From Octopus sinensis (Eukaryota), in NCBI RefSeq assembly GCF_006345805.1, contig NC_043021.1, forward strand, positions 27,590,001 through 27,654,000: a stretch of DNA of 64,000 nucleotides, given 5' to 3'. A program made the translations under genes and the position numbers. Numbering within the stretch: position 1 is the first letter of the stretch; each line of letters begins with the position of its first letter. The notes under the pieces were generated by a model, which did not search any database, was not told where the DNA came from, and worked only from the letters and a program-made list of their open reading frames with translations. This document shows, piece by piece, positions 13,006 through 26,440 of the stretch.

Positions 13006-13544
13006 ATTCAGCATGACTGTGTCAACAAATTTCTAATTCAAAAACTAGTTCCTCGCACGAATCCGATAGGAAACGCGGGCCCAAAGGACACCGTCGTGGA
13101 GTCGAACATAAAAGCAGGCGGATGTGGAAATGATCTTAAACACACACACACACACACAGCTAAGACTCGATGATGACATATATATATTCGCTGTGTTTTT
13201 CTAATCCACAAAATGATAATTATCAGAAACAGCATCATTTCCATACGAGAAATATCTTTTAAGAGAGTAAAAAGAAAGAAAATAAGCGATATTTGTATAT
13301 CAGTAAATCAGTAAGACAGAACAATTAACTTCCTGTTTTGGAATGCGATGTACTTTCTACTATTAAAATTCAATAAAACCTTGGAAACCAGATGAGCCTC
13401 GTTATCACCCCTGACCTCGTTTTCAGAATCAGCTCGGGAACGCTTGATTGAATTACATAATATTTCAGCAGATATGATAAAAATCGATGCACGATTTCTC
13501 CGAAATATTTACTCTATGAAATCAAAGGCACAAAGGAGGAAAAT

Positions 13545-13622
<78 letters not shown>

Positions 13623-13931
13623 GAGTACCAGCTATATGGAGACAAACAAGCATATATACACACATATATATATGTATACATATATATATATATATACATA
13701 GATTTACATATGTGTATATACATATGTATATATATATATACATACATATGTATATATATAAATACAAATATAATATAAACGTACTATATATTTATATATG
13801 TATATGTATACACACACATATATGTATGTATATATATCTGGATACTCACGTACATATATTCATGTAGGTAGAAAATTAATATGCATAAATATATGAATTT
13901 TAATTAATATATATATATACATACAAATATA

Positions 13932-14015
<84 letters not shown>

Positions 14016-14036
14016 TATGTATGTATATATATATAT

Positions 14037-14165
14037 ATAAGATCAGCAACAATTTAGATTCAAATGAATATATGGTACTTAATTTAGATGCACAAGAATT
14101 TTGTATAGTGTTACCCATAAAAATATGCGGGGTGATTATAATAAAAAAATATGCAACAAGAATGG
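14037..14165 (+). mobile_element. Fragment of the Penelope-like terminal repeat family also at 19030 and 40967
   Basis: AATTTAGATTCAAATGAATAT...GGGGTGATTATAAT shared with 19030-19170. Confidence 0.7.
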
Positions 14166-14206
14166 ATATATATATGTATGAATGTATATATATGCATGTA
14201 TATATA

Positions 14207-14288
<82 letters not shown>

Positions 14289-14329
14289 TGGGGGTGTGTA
14301 ATGTATATGTGTGTGTATTTATGTATGTG

Positions 14330-14535
14330 TGCTTTGTGTCTGTGCTTGTACCACCACCATCGCTTGAGAATCAATGTTTGTGTGTATATGTCCGCCAAAC
14401 GTAGCGGTTCAGTAAAAGAGACCGATAAAATAAGTACTAGTCTTACAAAGAATAAGTGCTGGGGTCAATCTCTTCGACTGAAGGCGGTGTTCCAGCATGG
14501 CCGCAGTCAAATAAATGAAACGGGTAAAAGAGTTA
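14330..14535 (+). mobile_element. SINE family C, 3' half
   Basis: Reverse complement of the 3' part of 61688-62105. Confidence 0.8.
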
Positions 14536-14966
14536 AAAGCGTTATGTACACATCTATGACACACTGTTTATGAAATATTCTTATCATATTTACGATGCTA
14601 GATTTTCGTATTCCCAGAATATATCTTTTGACATTAGGATGTTTACATTGCTCTGAGTTTTGCCTTCAAATATCTCTTTTACCATTCGGACCTGAAGCTT
14701 TGTGATGCGCGTCAACACATTTCTGATAACGTTTTCTCATTAATAATACACAGCATTCCCATTTGAATCCACGTGTCAATCGCTTGAAAGATCTGAATTA
14801 AGATACCGGAAAGTAATAATGACGTGCGAAGAAAGCCGGGATAGATATTAATATTTGTGTACAGGCAGGCTTACACCCCGCCCCCAATACATACACACAC
14901 AAACACAAACACTCACACACGCGCACAGTCACATATATGTGTATGCCTACATATATACATATGCAG

Positions 14967-15200
14967 GTGGAGGCGCATGGCTTAGTGGTTAGGGTGTTAG
15001 CACCACGATCGTAAGATTGTGGTTTCGATTCCTGGACCGGGCGGCGCGTTGTGTTCTTGAGCAAAACACTTCATTTCACTCAGCTGGCAAAAATGAGTAA
15101 CGCTGCGATGGACTGGCGTCCCGTCCAGCTGGGGAACACAAACGCCATAGAAATCGGGAACCCGGGCCCATGTGCCTGGCTAGGCTTTAAAAAGGGCGCA
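14967..15200 (+). mobile_element. tRNA-derived SINE family B
   Basis: A box TGGCTTAGTGG, B box GGTTTCGATTCC; a second diverged related copy follows at ~15262-15540. Confidence 0.8.
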
Positions 15201-15569
15201 TTTATTTTATTTTATATACATATGCACGCAGGCAAATACAAATAGATCCATATATAAATCCATGCGGGTTCATGGCCTAGTGTTTAGTGTGCTGCCCTCA
15301 CGATGTAGCGGTCATGATTTCAATTCCTAGACCGGATGGTGCGTTGTGTTCTTGGGCAAAATACTTCATCTCACGTTGCTTTGCGATCACTTCGACACCT
15401 GACGCGTGGCACACAGTGTCACCTTTTCAGACAATGTCGATTTGATGGAAAGAGTGAGCTAATGTGGGGCACGAACATCTGATCACTATAAACGAATCTT
15501 TTGTGTCAGTCGTTTGGCAAAGCGGAACGCCCATACGTGGAGGTCATTCAAGGTAGGCCTCACACATAG

Positions 15570-15790
15570 TTCCAGCAAGATGGCGAAACTGCTCATACCG
15601 CAAGAGAAATAATGCAGTTGCTACGGTAGTGCTTAGGAGAGAGAATAATCGCCCTTTAAGCCCGTCCAGACTTGAATAGCCCGGATTTTTCCTTGTGGGG
15701 TTACCTGAAAGAGGTTCGCATCAACAAACCGGGCACTCTGGTGCAACCGAAGGAGAACGTCAATAGAGAAATCTTTAAACGGTACTTGAT
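15570..15790 (+). pseudogene. Tc1/mariner-superfamily transposase fragment
   Basis: FQQDGETAHTAREIMQLLR and frameshifted (S)PDLNSPDF(F)LWGYLKE motifs. Confidence 0.7.
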
Positions 15791-16303
15791 GAAACTTGCA
15801 GGAAAAGTTGGTAATGACACAAGGAACAGATAAGGAAATTTTGGTAGTGATCCTGGAAATTTTATGGATTCTAAAAGGATTTTTCCTTTGTTATTTCTAC
15901 TTTACATGAAGTATCACTGTTACGTTCTTTGATTATCTCCCTTGAAAAAACATTTATCGTTTTTCATACGTGACGTAATATTGTTCCAAAATTTGACTTG
16001 TGCACATTAATTTCCATTGTGTCCTTTATATATTGTATCAACATTCCATGCATTTATCCGTAAAGTTAAGGACGTTATTAGAAATTGAAACCCATTAGTG
16101 ACTTTGGGGATACGCTGTGTCGCCAGACTTCGTATTCGTTATCTATTCCTTCTGTTTTGCATATGTGAATTACAGGGTCTGTCATGCCCGGAGTCCAACT
16201 TTGATAGAAATAAGCATTCTTGACTGCTATTTTATTTTTTCGGTATGCGGTCAAGCAACCTGTTTTGCTGTCCCTTTTTCTTATATAATATATATATATT
16301 ATA

Positions 16304-16338
<35 letters not shown>

Positions 16339-16679
16339 CCCTTATTTATAGTTTTAAATAATTATTACCTTGTATGTTATTTATTCCCATGCTGGCCACT
16401 TGATAAGATAGATATTCAAATATCGATATTATCCTTATATATATATATATATATAATATATATATAATATATATATATTGTGTGTGTGTATACCTATGTG
16501 ATGGCTGCAAACTCGTGGTCGAGTATCGCCATCGCCTGATCGAAAGTCCTACACATGCGAAGGCTATGACCAGCCATTTTTCGTGATAGGTTTTACCTTT
16601 TTTTTACAAGCGATGCTTGTACATAAACATGGACATGGACAACATAAACTCGAAATGAACTAGTCTACATCATCGAATA

Positions 16680-17138
16680 TTGTAAGTGTCGCAGCTTTTC
16701 CCTCGGAGTTTTCCTCTCCTAGAGAGATGTTGTGACAGCAGCAGAAGGGCCTCCTACTCCCAGTGGGGCCTTCGTGCGCTTGGACACAAACCCAGGTATT
16801 TCCACGTTCCCGCGCATACATACATACATACATACATACATACATACATACATACATACATACATGCATACATACATGCATACATACATACATACATGCA
16901 TACATACATACATACATACATACATACATACATACATACATACATACACACACATATGTACACATATTGTTGAATGGCTGTTGATGCTAATGAGTTCTTC
17001 CATCTTTTGACACCGCAGGGAGTCCAACAAACACACTCATCACCAAGGAAGTTGCCAGTTTAGTCGCCGACGATCTGACCATGCAACAGATTGTTACGTG
17101 GGTTACATGTTACCAGTAGCGCCCAAGAGCGTCCTGAC
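16680..17138 (-). mobile_element. RTE-like 5' UTR-type repeat (copy B), interrupted by (TACA)n
   Basis: Minus strand CTACTGGTAACATGTAAC...GTTGCATGGTC...GACTAAAC matches copy A; CTAGGAGAGGAAAACTC motif. Confidence 0.5.
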
Positions 17139-17156
17139 GTATATACTCATATACAT

Positions 17157-17228
<72 letters not shown>

Positions 17229-17631
17229 TAAAAAAGTTGAAAATAATGGTTATTACATATAATTCCTTTATTAGATTAAATTTGACTTGCAGCTGTTTCC
17301 AGTAGTCATTGTATGTGCATCATTGACAGGTTGACGCAGTTGGTCTATTGATCAATTGAGGTAAATTGAACGACTTCAGAAAATTTCTGCTAATTTCGTC
17401 AGACTCATTGCTGGAAATAACAAGCTGAGCCCTTGAAGAATGGGGAAGGTGGGGGAAAGATTGAAATGTTTAAGTAGAATAGGTGGAGGCAGGTTACAAG
17501 GACGTGGGGACAATTGAGGGAGTGGTTCTTAGTAGAAGTAGCAGTAGTAGTATGAATAGTTGTAGGAGTATTGTATTGCCAAATTTGGAAGAGGGGCAGT
17601 CACAAACATAGGTCAGCACCCATTATTATTG

Positions 17632-17667
<36 letters not shown>

Positions 17668-17727
17668 CGTATATATATATGTATATATATATACACACAC
17701 ACACGCACGAACACACAGACACACACA

Positions 17728-17786
<59 letters not shown>

Positions 17787-18279
17787 GAAGAAATCATAGT
17801 GAGGAGAATTATAGAAATAACCAGTAATAAGCGAAATACAATTTCAGCGCAGAGATTCAGGATGCCAAGGTCAAACAAATAATCTATAAAAATAAATTAT
17901 AAATAAAAACAACCAATGTTCTTATCTTAAATGTCATCAGATACAAACAAGCAGTTCGTGTCGCAGAAAGACTCGGCTGCAGACCTTAAAGTACATACTA
18001 TAAACGCCGTTACGGAGAGGGGCAATGGGATATTCTTTGAACTGTCTCATAAATTATCGAAAAACAATTAGTTGTTGCAAAACATGGTATATGCTAATGT
18101 AATTCAATTAAGCAATAGCTTGAAATAAAATAGCCACGGAGCTGGTCAATGTTTATTGATTAACAGACAGAAATTTTGAGGAGTGCAACTTCAGGACAAC
18201 AGGATTTAACATAATAAAGAAACAACAATGGACAGGAAAAAAATTCACAAAAGCATAACATATTAAGTATAATATATAT

Positions 18280-18375
<96 letters not shown>

Positions 18376-18642
18376 CTACATGGGCTCATATACTACATAT
18401 ACTACATGGGCTCTTAAGGAGCGTTTTTGTTCGATTTGCTGGCTGCGACTTTGTTTTGTTCGGACATCGTAATTCCTGGATTTTCCTGAAGAGAAAGCTG
18501 CAATATGGTATCCTTATTCAATCAGAATTTGGAAAATTGTGGCCTTTGAAACATGTGTAGAATGCAATAAAAGGAATTCTGTACAATCTTCGTTCAACTC
18601 CATTTCTTCCATTCACTAATTATATATATATATATATATATA

Positions 18643-19025
18643 CTAGCAGTATCGCCCGGCGTTGCTCGGGTTTGTAAGGGAAATAACTATAAAGCATTTT
18701 TAGAGAGTTATAGCCAAAAAATAGCCAAAAAATGGAAAAAAATGATGGTAAATTTTTTTTGAGAGTAAAAAAGGTGGAGTTGCGTCCCCTAGACGGTTTG
18801 CGGTTTGTGTTTCTGATTCTCGACCCCATGTCGAATTTATCGATTTTTTTCAGAACTGGGGGAACTTTTCAAAATTTTCGCTGCGTTAGTTTTGAATTAT
18901 GACATTGGGCTATGTGTGTGTCAAGTTTCATCAGAATCGGTTGAAAGCCGTGGTCAGGATGAGGGTACAAGCAAACAGACACACAGAAACACGCACAGAC
19001 AAACTGCCGTTTATATATAGAGAGA
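18643..19025 (-). mobile_element. Non-autonomous Helitron
   Basis: 5'-TC...hairpin CCCGAGCAACGCCGGG...CTAG-3', inserted between A and T in (TA)n. Confidence 0.8.
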
Positions 19026-19029
19026 TATA

Positions 19030-19270
19030 TATACATATATATATATAAGTTCAGCAAAATTTAGATTCAAATGAATATGGTACTTAAGTTAGATGTACCA
19101 GAATTTTGTATGGTATTATCCATATAAATCCATGGGGTGATTATAATCAAAAATAAGCAACAAGAATAACTTCGGTAATTTAGTACGATCGTTTCACGCT
19201 ACATCATTTTATTAAATATTGTAAGTATTACAACAGTTTTAAAATGTTGAGCAATCATCAGCCATTTATA
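19030..19270 (-). mobile_element. Penelope-like terminal repeat carrying a hammerhead motif with extended stem II (19180-19265)
   Basis: Minus: CTGATGA-[TTGCT...CATTTTA...TAAAATG...AGCGT]-GAAAC-GATC-GTA. Confidence 0.55.
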
Positions 19271-19599
19271 GAGGTTTTCCATTAATACATAATTTTCACA
19301 TCAATTGATAACATTATAGAGAACGTAGATATATAGACAAAGATGTCGATTTAGAACATTAAGGTAGTAGAGTATATCTTCTGACTGAAGAATATTCATT
19401 TACAAGAGTAACTAGTAGCAACTCTTTTGACAACGGAAAAGATTTTAACCTCTAAGGAAAGTCATGCTGGTATCGTTACTACACTTCATTATGGTGCCCC
19501 AGTTGTAGCAACAGTGCAGATATGTGGGTAGCTGAATTTAGGGGGTGAACGGAGGGTTGGATGTCCTGAAATTGTCACTACCGTGTAAAACACTGATCA

Positions 19600-20460
19600 T
19601 GTTCATCACATGGCAACGGATGATAGGCATTGAGTATAAATCAAGTAGCCGACGATATTAGAATATCCCGAGAGAATGTTGAGAATATTCTGCAGAATGA
19701 ACTCGGCAAGACCAAAGCTTCTAATCAACGGCTGCCATGTCTTCTGACACCTGGCTGATAATACCACGGGGAAATCTGATATTGAGGCAGATCCAGCCGG
19801 TTTCCTTAAACGTTTCCCAACCCACAATGAGTGTTAGGGGTCATCACTTTGAGCCAGAAACGAGGATACAATCCATGAAGTAAAGACACCTCTCCTCACC
19901 TGCTTCAAGGACGACCAAAGTCGTTTCATCAGTAAGAAATGTTATGGTCTCAGTTTTTTGGGATGCAAAAGGCACTGTGCTTATTCATTGTCTTCAAGAG
20001 GACCAAACCATCAATAGAGAATGCTATGCCAACTTGCTGAGGTAGTTAAGAAAGACTATCAAGACCAAACACCCAGGAAAACTGAATGATCAGGGCAATG
20101 CTCCAGCACACAAGTCCTTCGGCTGATGTACGACTTTGAATTGGGTTATCGGTTTCCCTATTCTCCTGATTTGGCCTCATCTAGTAATCATCCGTTCCCA
20201 ACATGAACCCCCCCCCCCAAACAATTGGCAAAGAACCAGTATCGCAGTGATGATGACGTCGTATCTACTGTTGTTGAACTTTTTGACTAGCAGAATGAAA
20301 GCTTCTTCACCAATGGAATCAGAGCACCCTGACACCGATAAATGAAGAGTGTGGAGCGCAAGGGGGTCCTCTGTTGGAAAATAAACCTTGTTCAGTCACA
20401 TTCTAGCAGAATATCTCTTTCAGCCTATAAACATTTCAGCTGACCCTCGTATGTTTGTAT
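19600..20460 (+). pseudogene. Degraded mariner transposase with 3' TIR remnant
   Basis: ADPAGFLKRF...HHFEPET, VMVSVFWDAKG, GNAPAHKS; ends CAGCTGACCCTCGTA. Confidence 0.85.
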
Positions 20461-20554
20461 ATGTGGATATATATGTATATATACTAGTCCTCTATATTTG
20501 GCTCCATACACACACACAAACACACACACACATACATAATACATACATACATAT

Positions 20555-20590
<36 letters not shown>

Positions 20591-21112
20591 TATACCTTCA
20601 ATTATATTCTCTCGTGCATACACATACACACGAAGCACACACAGACATAGAAACACTGATGCAGACTCAGCTGTGTCTAAAGGTACATTGATATACACAC
20701 TCTTCGTACATACGCGCATGAATACATGTAAACACTCGTACGCAGGTACATACATAAACCGAACTCTATATAGCAGGCCTTTAGAATTAGCTATTAATTC
20801 TGAATAAAACGTTGAAAACGTGCCAGTATTGAAGGTGGGAAGTATTTGCAGTTATATATCACGTGGGGAACATTTGACATCATAATTGTTCTCTTAAATA
20901 TTTTCTATAAAATTAAAATGAGGAAAAAGACGAAACAAAAATCCGACTCCAAACGCTTTTAAAAATACAAATTGAAATAAAACTTTCGATCGATTTAAAC
21001 TGTAAATAATTACCTCAATAATAATTACCATCTCTTTCTTGGCCACAAGGGTTTATACATGCAATACAGTACATGCCATTCCAAACAATTCACAAAATGT
21101 GAGAATGAATAG

Positions 21113-21158
<46 letters not shown>

Positions 21159-21203
21159 TATATATTATATATATACATACATAATACATGTATAATAATA
21201 TAG

Positions 21204-21234
<31 letters not shown>

Positions 21235-21251
21235 ATATATATGTATATATA

Positions 21252-21287
<36 letters not shown>

Positions 21288-21342
21288 GTATATGAATATA
21301 TATATATATGTATATAAAATATATATATATATATATTATATA

Positions 21343-21380
<38 letters not shown>

Positions 21381-22286
21381 TATATATATAATATATATAT
21401 GTATAAGAAGAAACTTACTTCGAAATGGATGCGTGGCGTTCAATCATATAGTAATATAAATAATATATATGCATATATACATACGTGCATGTACATACTT
21501 ACATATATAGGTATATAAATATTCATATGTGGGCACAGGACGCCACAGAACATAAAACAAATGGAAAACAAGGCAAGCAACACAAGGAACGACCATTCAT
21601 CAGTTGTCGGCTGTTTTTGTAATCCGTATTTCGAGCAATTCACGACAAGATACGCCTTCGATAAAAGAGTTGCACCCGCAAAGCAAATTAAGCAAATTTG
21701 GGATTTTGCAGAGGGTCAAAATTAGTAACAAAAACAGGACAATGAAAAGAAACAGGAAGGGCTGCTAAGCCTAAACGAAGTGAGGTGGCGAAAGCAGAGG
21801 AGTAAGCTTGGACAAGAGACAGACAAAAATGCGTCTGATCCCTCCAGCTAAATTAGAAGGAATAAAAGAAGCACAAGTTAGGAAAAGAAAGTAAGATGGC
21901 CGATGTTGACTTGGGAGGAACGAGAGAGCAAAGGAGGAAGAGAGAGGGAGAGAGAGTGACAGACAGAGGACGGCAGGGGGAAGAGGAAAAGAAGGAGAGA
22001 AAGGATAAGAGAGAAAAAATGAGAGGGAGAGAAGGGGAAATAAAAATACTTAGAGAAAGAAAGAGAAAGCGAAAGAGTAATAGAATAGAAGAGAACAGAC
22101 GAGTCGCATCAGAATTATAAAGATAAAACTTACTTGGAAATGGATGCGTGGCGTTCGTTGTTCGCAACGTCCATGTGTTCGTATTTCATAATTCATGTTT
22201 TCGTATTTTATGCTGTTCACGTTCTGTGACGTCCTGTGCCCACATATGTATATACGTATAAGTATGTACATATACGTATGTATATA

Positions 22287-22338
<52 letters not shown>

Positions 22339-22554
22339 TACTCTTTACTCTTTACTCTTTTACTTGTTCAGTCATTTGACTGGGGCCTTGCAGGAGCACC
22401 GCCTTTAATCGAGCAAATCGACCCCGGGACTTATTCTTTGTAAGCCCAGTACTTATTCTATCGGCCTCTTTTGCTGAACCGCTAAGTGACGGGGACGTAA
22501 ACACACCAGCATCGGTTGTCAAGCAATGCTAGGGGGACAAAGACAGACACACAA

Positions 22555-22585
<31 letters not shown>

Positions 22586-22916
22586 CATATATACGAGAGG
22601 CTTCTTTCAGTTTCCGTCTACCAAATCCACTCACAAGGCATTGGTCGGCCGGGAATGAACCCGGAACCATGTGGTTGGTTAGCAAGCTACTTACCACACA
22701 GCCACTTTATTCTTTTACTTGTTTCAGTGACTTGACTGTGGCCATGCTGCAGCACCGCCTTTTCGTCGAGGAAATTGACAGCTGGACTTATTCTTTGTAA
22801 CCTGGTGCTTATTTTATCGTTCTCGTCTGCCAAACTGGTAAGTTACTGGGACGTAAAGTCATCAATATCGGTTGTCAAGCGATGGTGCTTGGGTGGGTGA
22901 ACAAACACAGACACAG

Positions 22917-22949
<33 letters not shown>

Positions 22950-22960
22950 TAGCGTCATAT
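22339..22960 (-). mobile_element. Two tandem SINE family C copies (plus a 5' piece at ~23000-23170)
   Basis: Match to 61688-62105; first copy has an internal deletion, second is the 3' part only. Confidence 0.85.
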
Positions 22961-23394
22961 ACTTGTCATCACTTTTTGATTTTCTGTAAATTTAAGCTTT
23001 ATATACGACGGGCTTCTTTCAGTTTCCGTCATTTAAATCCACTCAGAAGGCTTTGGTCGTCCCGTGGATAAAGTAGAAGACACTTGCGCAAGGTGCCCCG
23101 CAGCGGCACTGGACCCGGAACCATATGATTGGGAAGCAAGCTTTTTACCACACAGTCACGCAGGCACCTATATATATATATATATGTGTGTGTGTGTGCG
23201 TATGTGTGTGTGTGTGTGTGTGTTGCGCGTGTGCGTTTAAAGTGTTTGCGCGCATGCGTGTGTTCGTGCATGCGTTTGTTCGTGCATGCATGTGCACGCG
23301 GGCGTGTTTGTGTGTATGTATGGTAAACAGAGAATGGTGGAAAACAATGAAATATGTTATACCGAGACAGTTTGTGCGGCGCTCTGGCAGAATC

Positions 23395-23570
23395 ATAAGC
23401 ACTCCGGACGAAATACTTTGCGGTGCTACGTTAGGAGTTGTAATTCGGCTGAGGTCGACTTTTCATTTCATCCTTTGGCGGTCAAAAAAACAAGTACCAG
23501 CCGAGCACTGAGGTCGATGTAATCGAGTTCGCCTCTTCCCCGAAATTGCTGGCCTTGTCTCAAAATCTGA
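23395..23570 (+). mobile_element. SINE family A
   Basis: Homologous to 8273-8470. Confidence 0.7.
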
Positions 23571-24159
23571 AACCAATATATTAAGGCGATTTTGAAACTT
23601 AGAATACAATCAAATGGACAGCCTTTGGCAAAGTGGTGACAAGACAATAAGTAAATTACTTCAGTGCATGAAATGACGCCTTCCACTTTTTCCTTCTCTC
23701 TCCTACAAGCTAAACCTTCTGAAAATACCGGTGAACATCTTGAATTTGAACCCTATTACGTCGTCCTTCACAGAAAATAAAAGAACCCATAAAAACAATA
23801 AGAATCCAATTTTTAGTTTCTCATAGTCTGAGAAATAAGGAGATTGCTCAAAAATGTTCCGTGGCTGGTAGCTCTCTCTTCAGAGAAAAGGCATCTGTCT
23901 CAATTCTTTCAGGAAATGCTTTCCTGAAAAGTTCATAGAAACCTGTTGCTGGTACTTATCGATCATCTAGTACTTATCGATCGATTTCACAAAAATAAAA
24001 CACCAAGTGGACCTCGGCGGAATTTGAACTCAGAATATGAAGATAGGTGCAGGAGTGGCTGTGTGATAAGAAGCTTGCTTCCGGTTACCCAGAGTTCATT
24101 TTTTTAATTTTGTGCGAAGTAGACATGTTTTTTGCTGTGCGATGTTTTTCCTCTTGTGA

Positions 24160-25035
24160 TCATTCATTCATTGTTCGACCGTGGTCGAGACAATGGAATT
24201 TACCATGCTACGCCAGACTTCACGGTCCATCATGGCATTACGGAGGTCATGTTGCTGGATGTAGGAGAGTGTGCGCCCTCTGGTATTGCTTCCAGAGGAG
24301 AAGAGTTGAAATTGCCTCGGTTTCAGCTCTACAACAATGTCCAGCAAACTGGACTCTCCTACCTTTCACAAGAGATGATACAGGTGGTAGTTTCCCATAT
24401 ATTTGCATTTTGGTTGGATGACGCTTCCACGAGAGATTTTGAGCTCTCATAAGGAGGCGAGTGTAGGTTCCATCCAACCGCCTCTCAAGCTTCTTTGATA
24501 ACGTCCAGGTTTCTGAGCCATATAGTAGAATTGGTTCGACTGTGGCTTTGAAGATTTCAAGTTTGAAGTCTCTACTTAGATTTGATGACCAGATCTTATG
24601 CATGCCATTACAGTCTGACCAGGCCATACCCTTTCTAGTTAGAAAATCTTTTACAGATGATGATATGTATGACCCAAGATATTTGTAATCAGAAACCATA
24701 TTTAAGGGCGCATTGTTGAGAGTGTGGATGATGCAATCACTGTTGGACAGGCATATTTGTAATCAGAAACCATATTTAAGGACGCATTGTTGAGAGTATG
24801 GATGATGCAATCACTGTTGGACAAGCACGTGTTTATATATTCAGTCTTGGCCTCATTGAGGTAAAGACCTACACAATTTGAGGCTTGTTCGAGAGATTGT
24901 AAAAGAGACTGGGCATTGGAGAGAGAATCACTGATAAGAGCGATGTCGTCAGCAAAGTCAGTGTCTGTCAAGTATTCAGCTGGGTGTCTGGAACTTCTTG
25001 GTTTTATTTCAAAGCCCTTGCCAGAGATGGTATCA
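24160..25035 (-). mobile_element. 5'-truncated RTE-clade LINE with (ATGA)n tail and a 74-bp internal duplication
   Basis: TDTDFADDIAL, KYLGS, LLYGSETWTL, RRVQFAGHC motifs; duplication 24679-24752/24753-24826. Confidence 0.88.
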
Positions 25036-25049
25036 ACTGACATACGTCC

Positions 25050-26330
25050 TCTTGTGATGGAGGGACGTTGAACGAGAAGTTGGGAGAAGTTGAGGTGTTC
25101 TTCCCCAGAATGTGATTCGTCTGAGAAGGAATTGATGGAGTACTTGGAAACGATGGACAAGGAAATAGAGAAGAATTATGCAGCGGCGTCGAGAGAAGAA
25201 AAAAATCGAAGAAATAAACCTAGAAGAGCTGAGCAAGTTCAAGAAAATATTTAAAATGGTGGGGGGGAGCGACGTGAAAGTGTTCCCCCCCCATTAAAGA
25301 AGCGTTAAAGGAGAAACATGAGAAAACTATAATTTATAGAACATACTCGATAGCGGCCAGGAAGATTGAAGCTATGTCAACAGCTCAAGTGTAAAAGGCG
25401 CTCAAAACCAATCTGGCAGGGAATCACCTACCTCAGAGGAGGTGGAAAATTTGGAACAGTGGAGGTGCGGTTTCGGGAGGTAGCTATCGCCAGGCTGCAT
25501 TCAGCAACACCGCTGAGAACTGAAAGTATGATAAAGAATATTACGGTCGGAGACGTTACACTAAAAGTCAGAGTGGAAGGGAGGATTCCGCGATGCTATA
25601 AATTATGGATTGAAAGGTCACCTTAGAGCGGATTGTCTTTCACCACCTGTGAAGGCTAAGGAAAGCCAAGACCCCGAGAAAGTAGTTGACACTCCACTGC
25701 CCGTGGAGGCTGAGGAGAAGCGTGAGAGTGAAACGGCACCACAAACGAAAAAGTACAAGCATCGCGGAAGAGGAGGTGAATACCAGATGGGAAACGGTGG
25801 AAAAAGAGAGAAGGAAGAGGAGAAAGAGGACACACATGGTAAAGGACGACCCACGACCCACACCCACCTGGCTCCAACCCACACTCACTCTACCCCAACC
25901 ACTCCCTACAGACACCAACGCCCCCCCATTCCCTGTGTGACATAAACACACAGGAGCCTCGAATTTCCCCACCCCGGCCCTTGGATAAATTCGTAATATT
26001 ATATAACAGTAAAAAGAAGAACTTTGCTACGAGATAAAAACATGGGACAAAGCAACAGAAGTGGACGTAACAAGATGGGGTGTGCCCGGGTAGGTTTGCT
26101 GTGGCGGACCCGGAATACCTCTCGAGATTAACGAATTACGAGGAAGACATCGACTTTGACTGGTGGGTTACGAAAATGGACATCGGCAAAATACCGAAAA
26201 TGGTAATCTATGCATGCATTTTAAAGGAACTTGACAATGACATTTTCCAAAGAAGTGGAAACTAGCAGTTACAAAGACACTACCAATGTTAGTATAAATT
26301 AATGTTTAAAAAAGGTAAAAAAAAAAGGTT
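25050..26330 (+). pseudogene. Frameshifted gag-like ORF1 (CCHC knuckle) followed by an A-rich tail; no ORF2
   Basis: MDKEIEKNYAAA...; frameshift-corrected CYKCGLKGHLRADC; stop at 26265, then AAAAAAGGTAAAAAAAAAA. Confidence 0.6.
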
Positions 26331-26440
26331 GTATTAACAGGTTCAATGAAGTCGGCTTCATTTCACCTTTCATTATATTTAAATACATTCTTTCCAGGGC
26401 CCTTTATGTAAGGCCTTCATGACCAATTTCGTGAAATAAA

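Noticed and set aside
18486-18560. CUGAAGA...GAAAC-AU-GUG hammerhead-like motif
   Set aside because: Position 17 is G and stem I is not supported.
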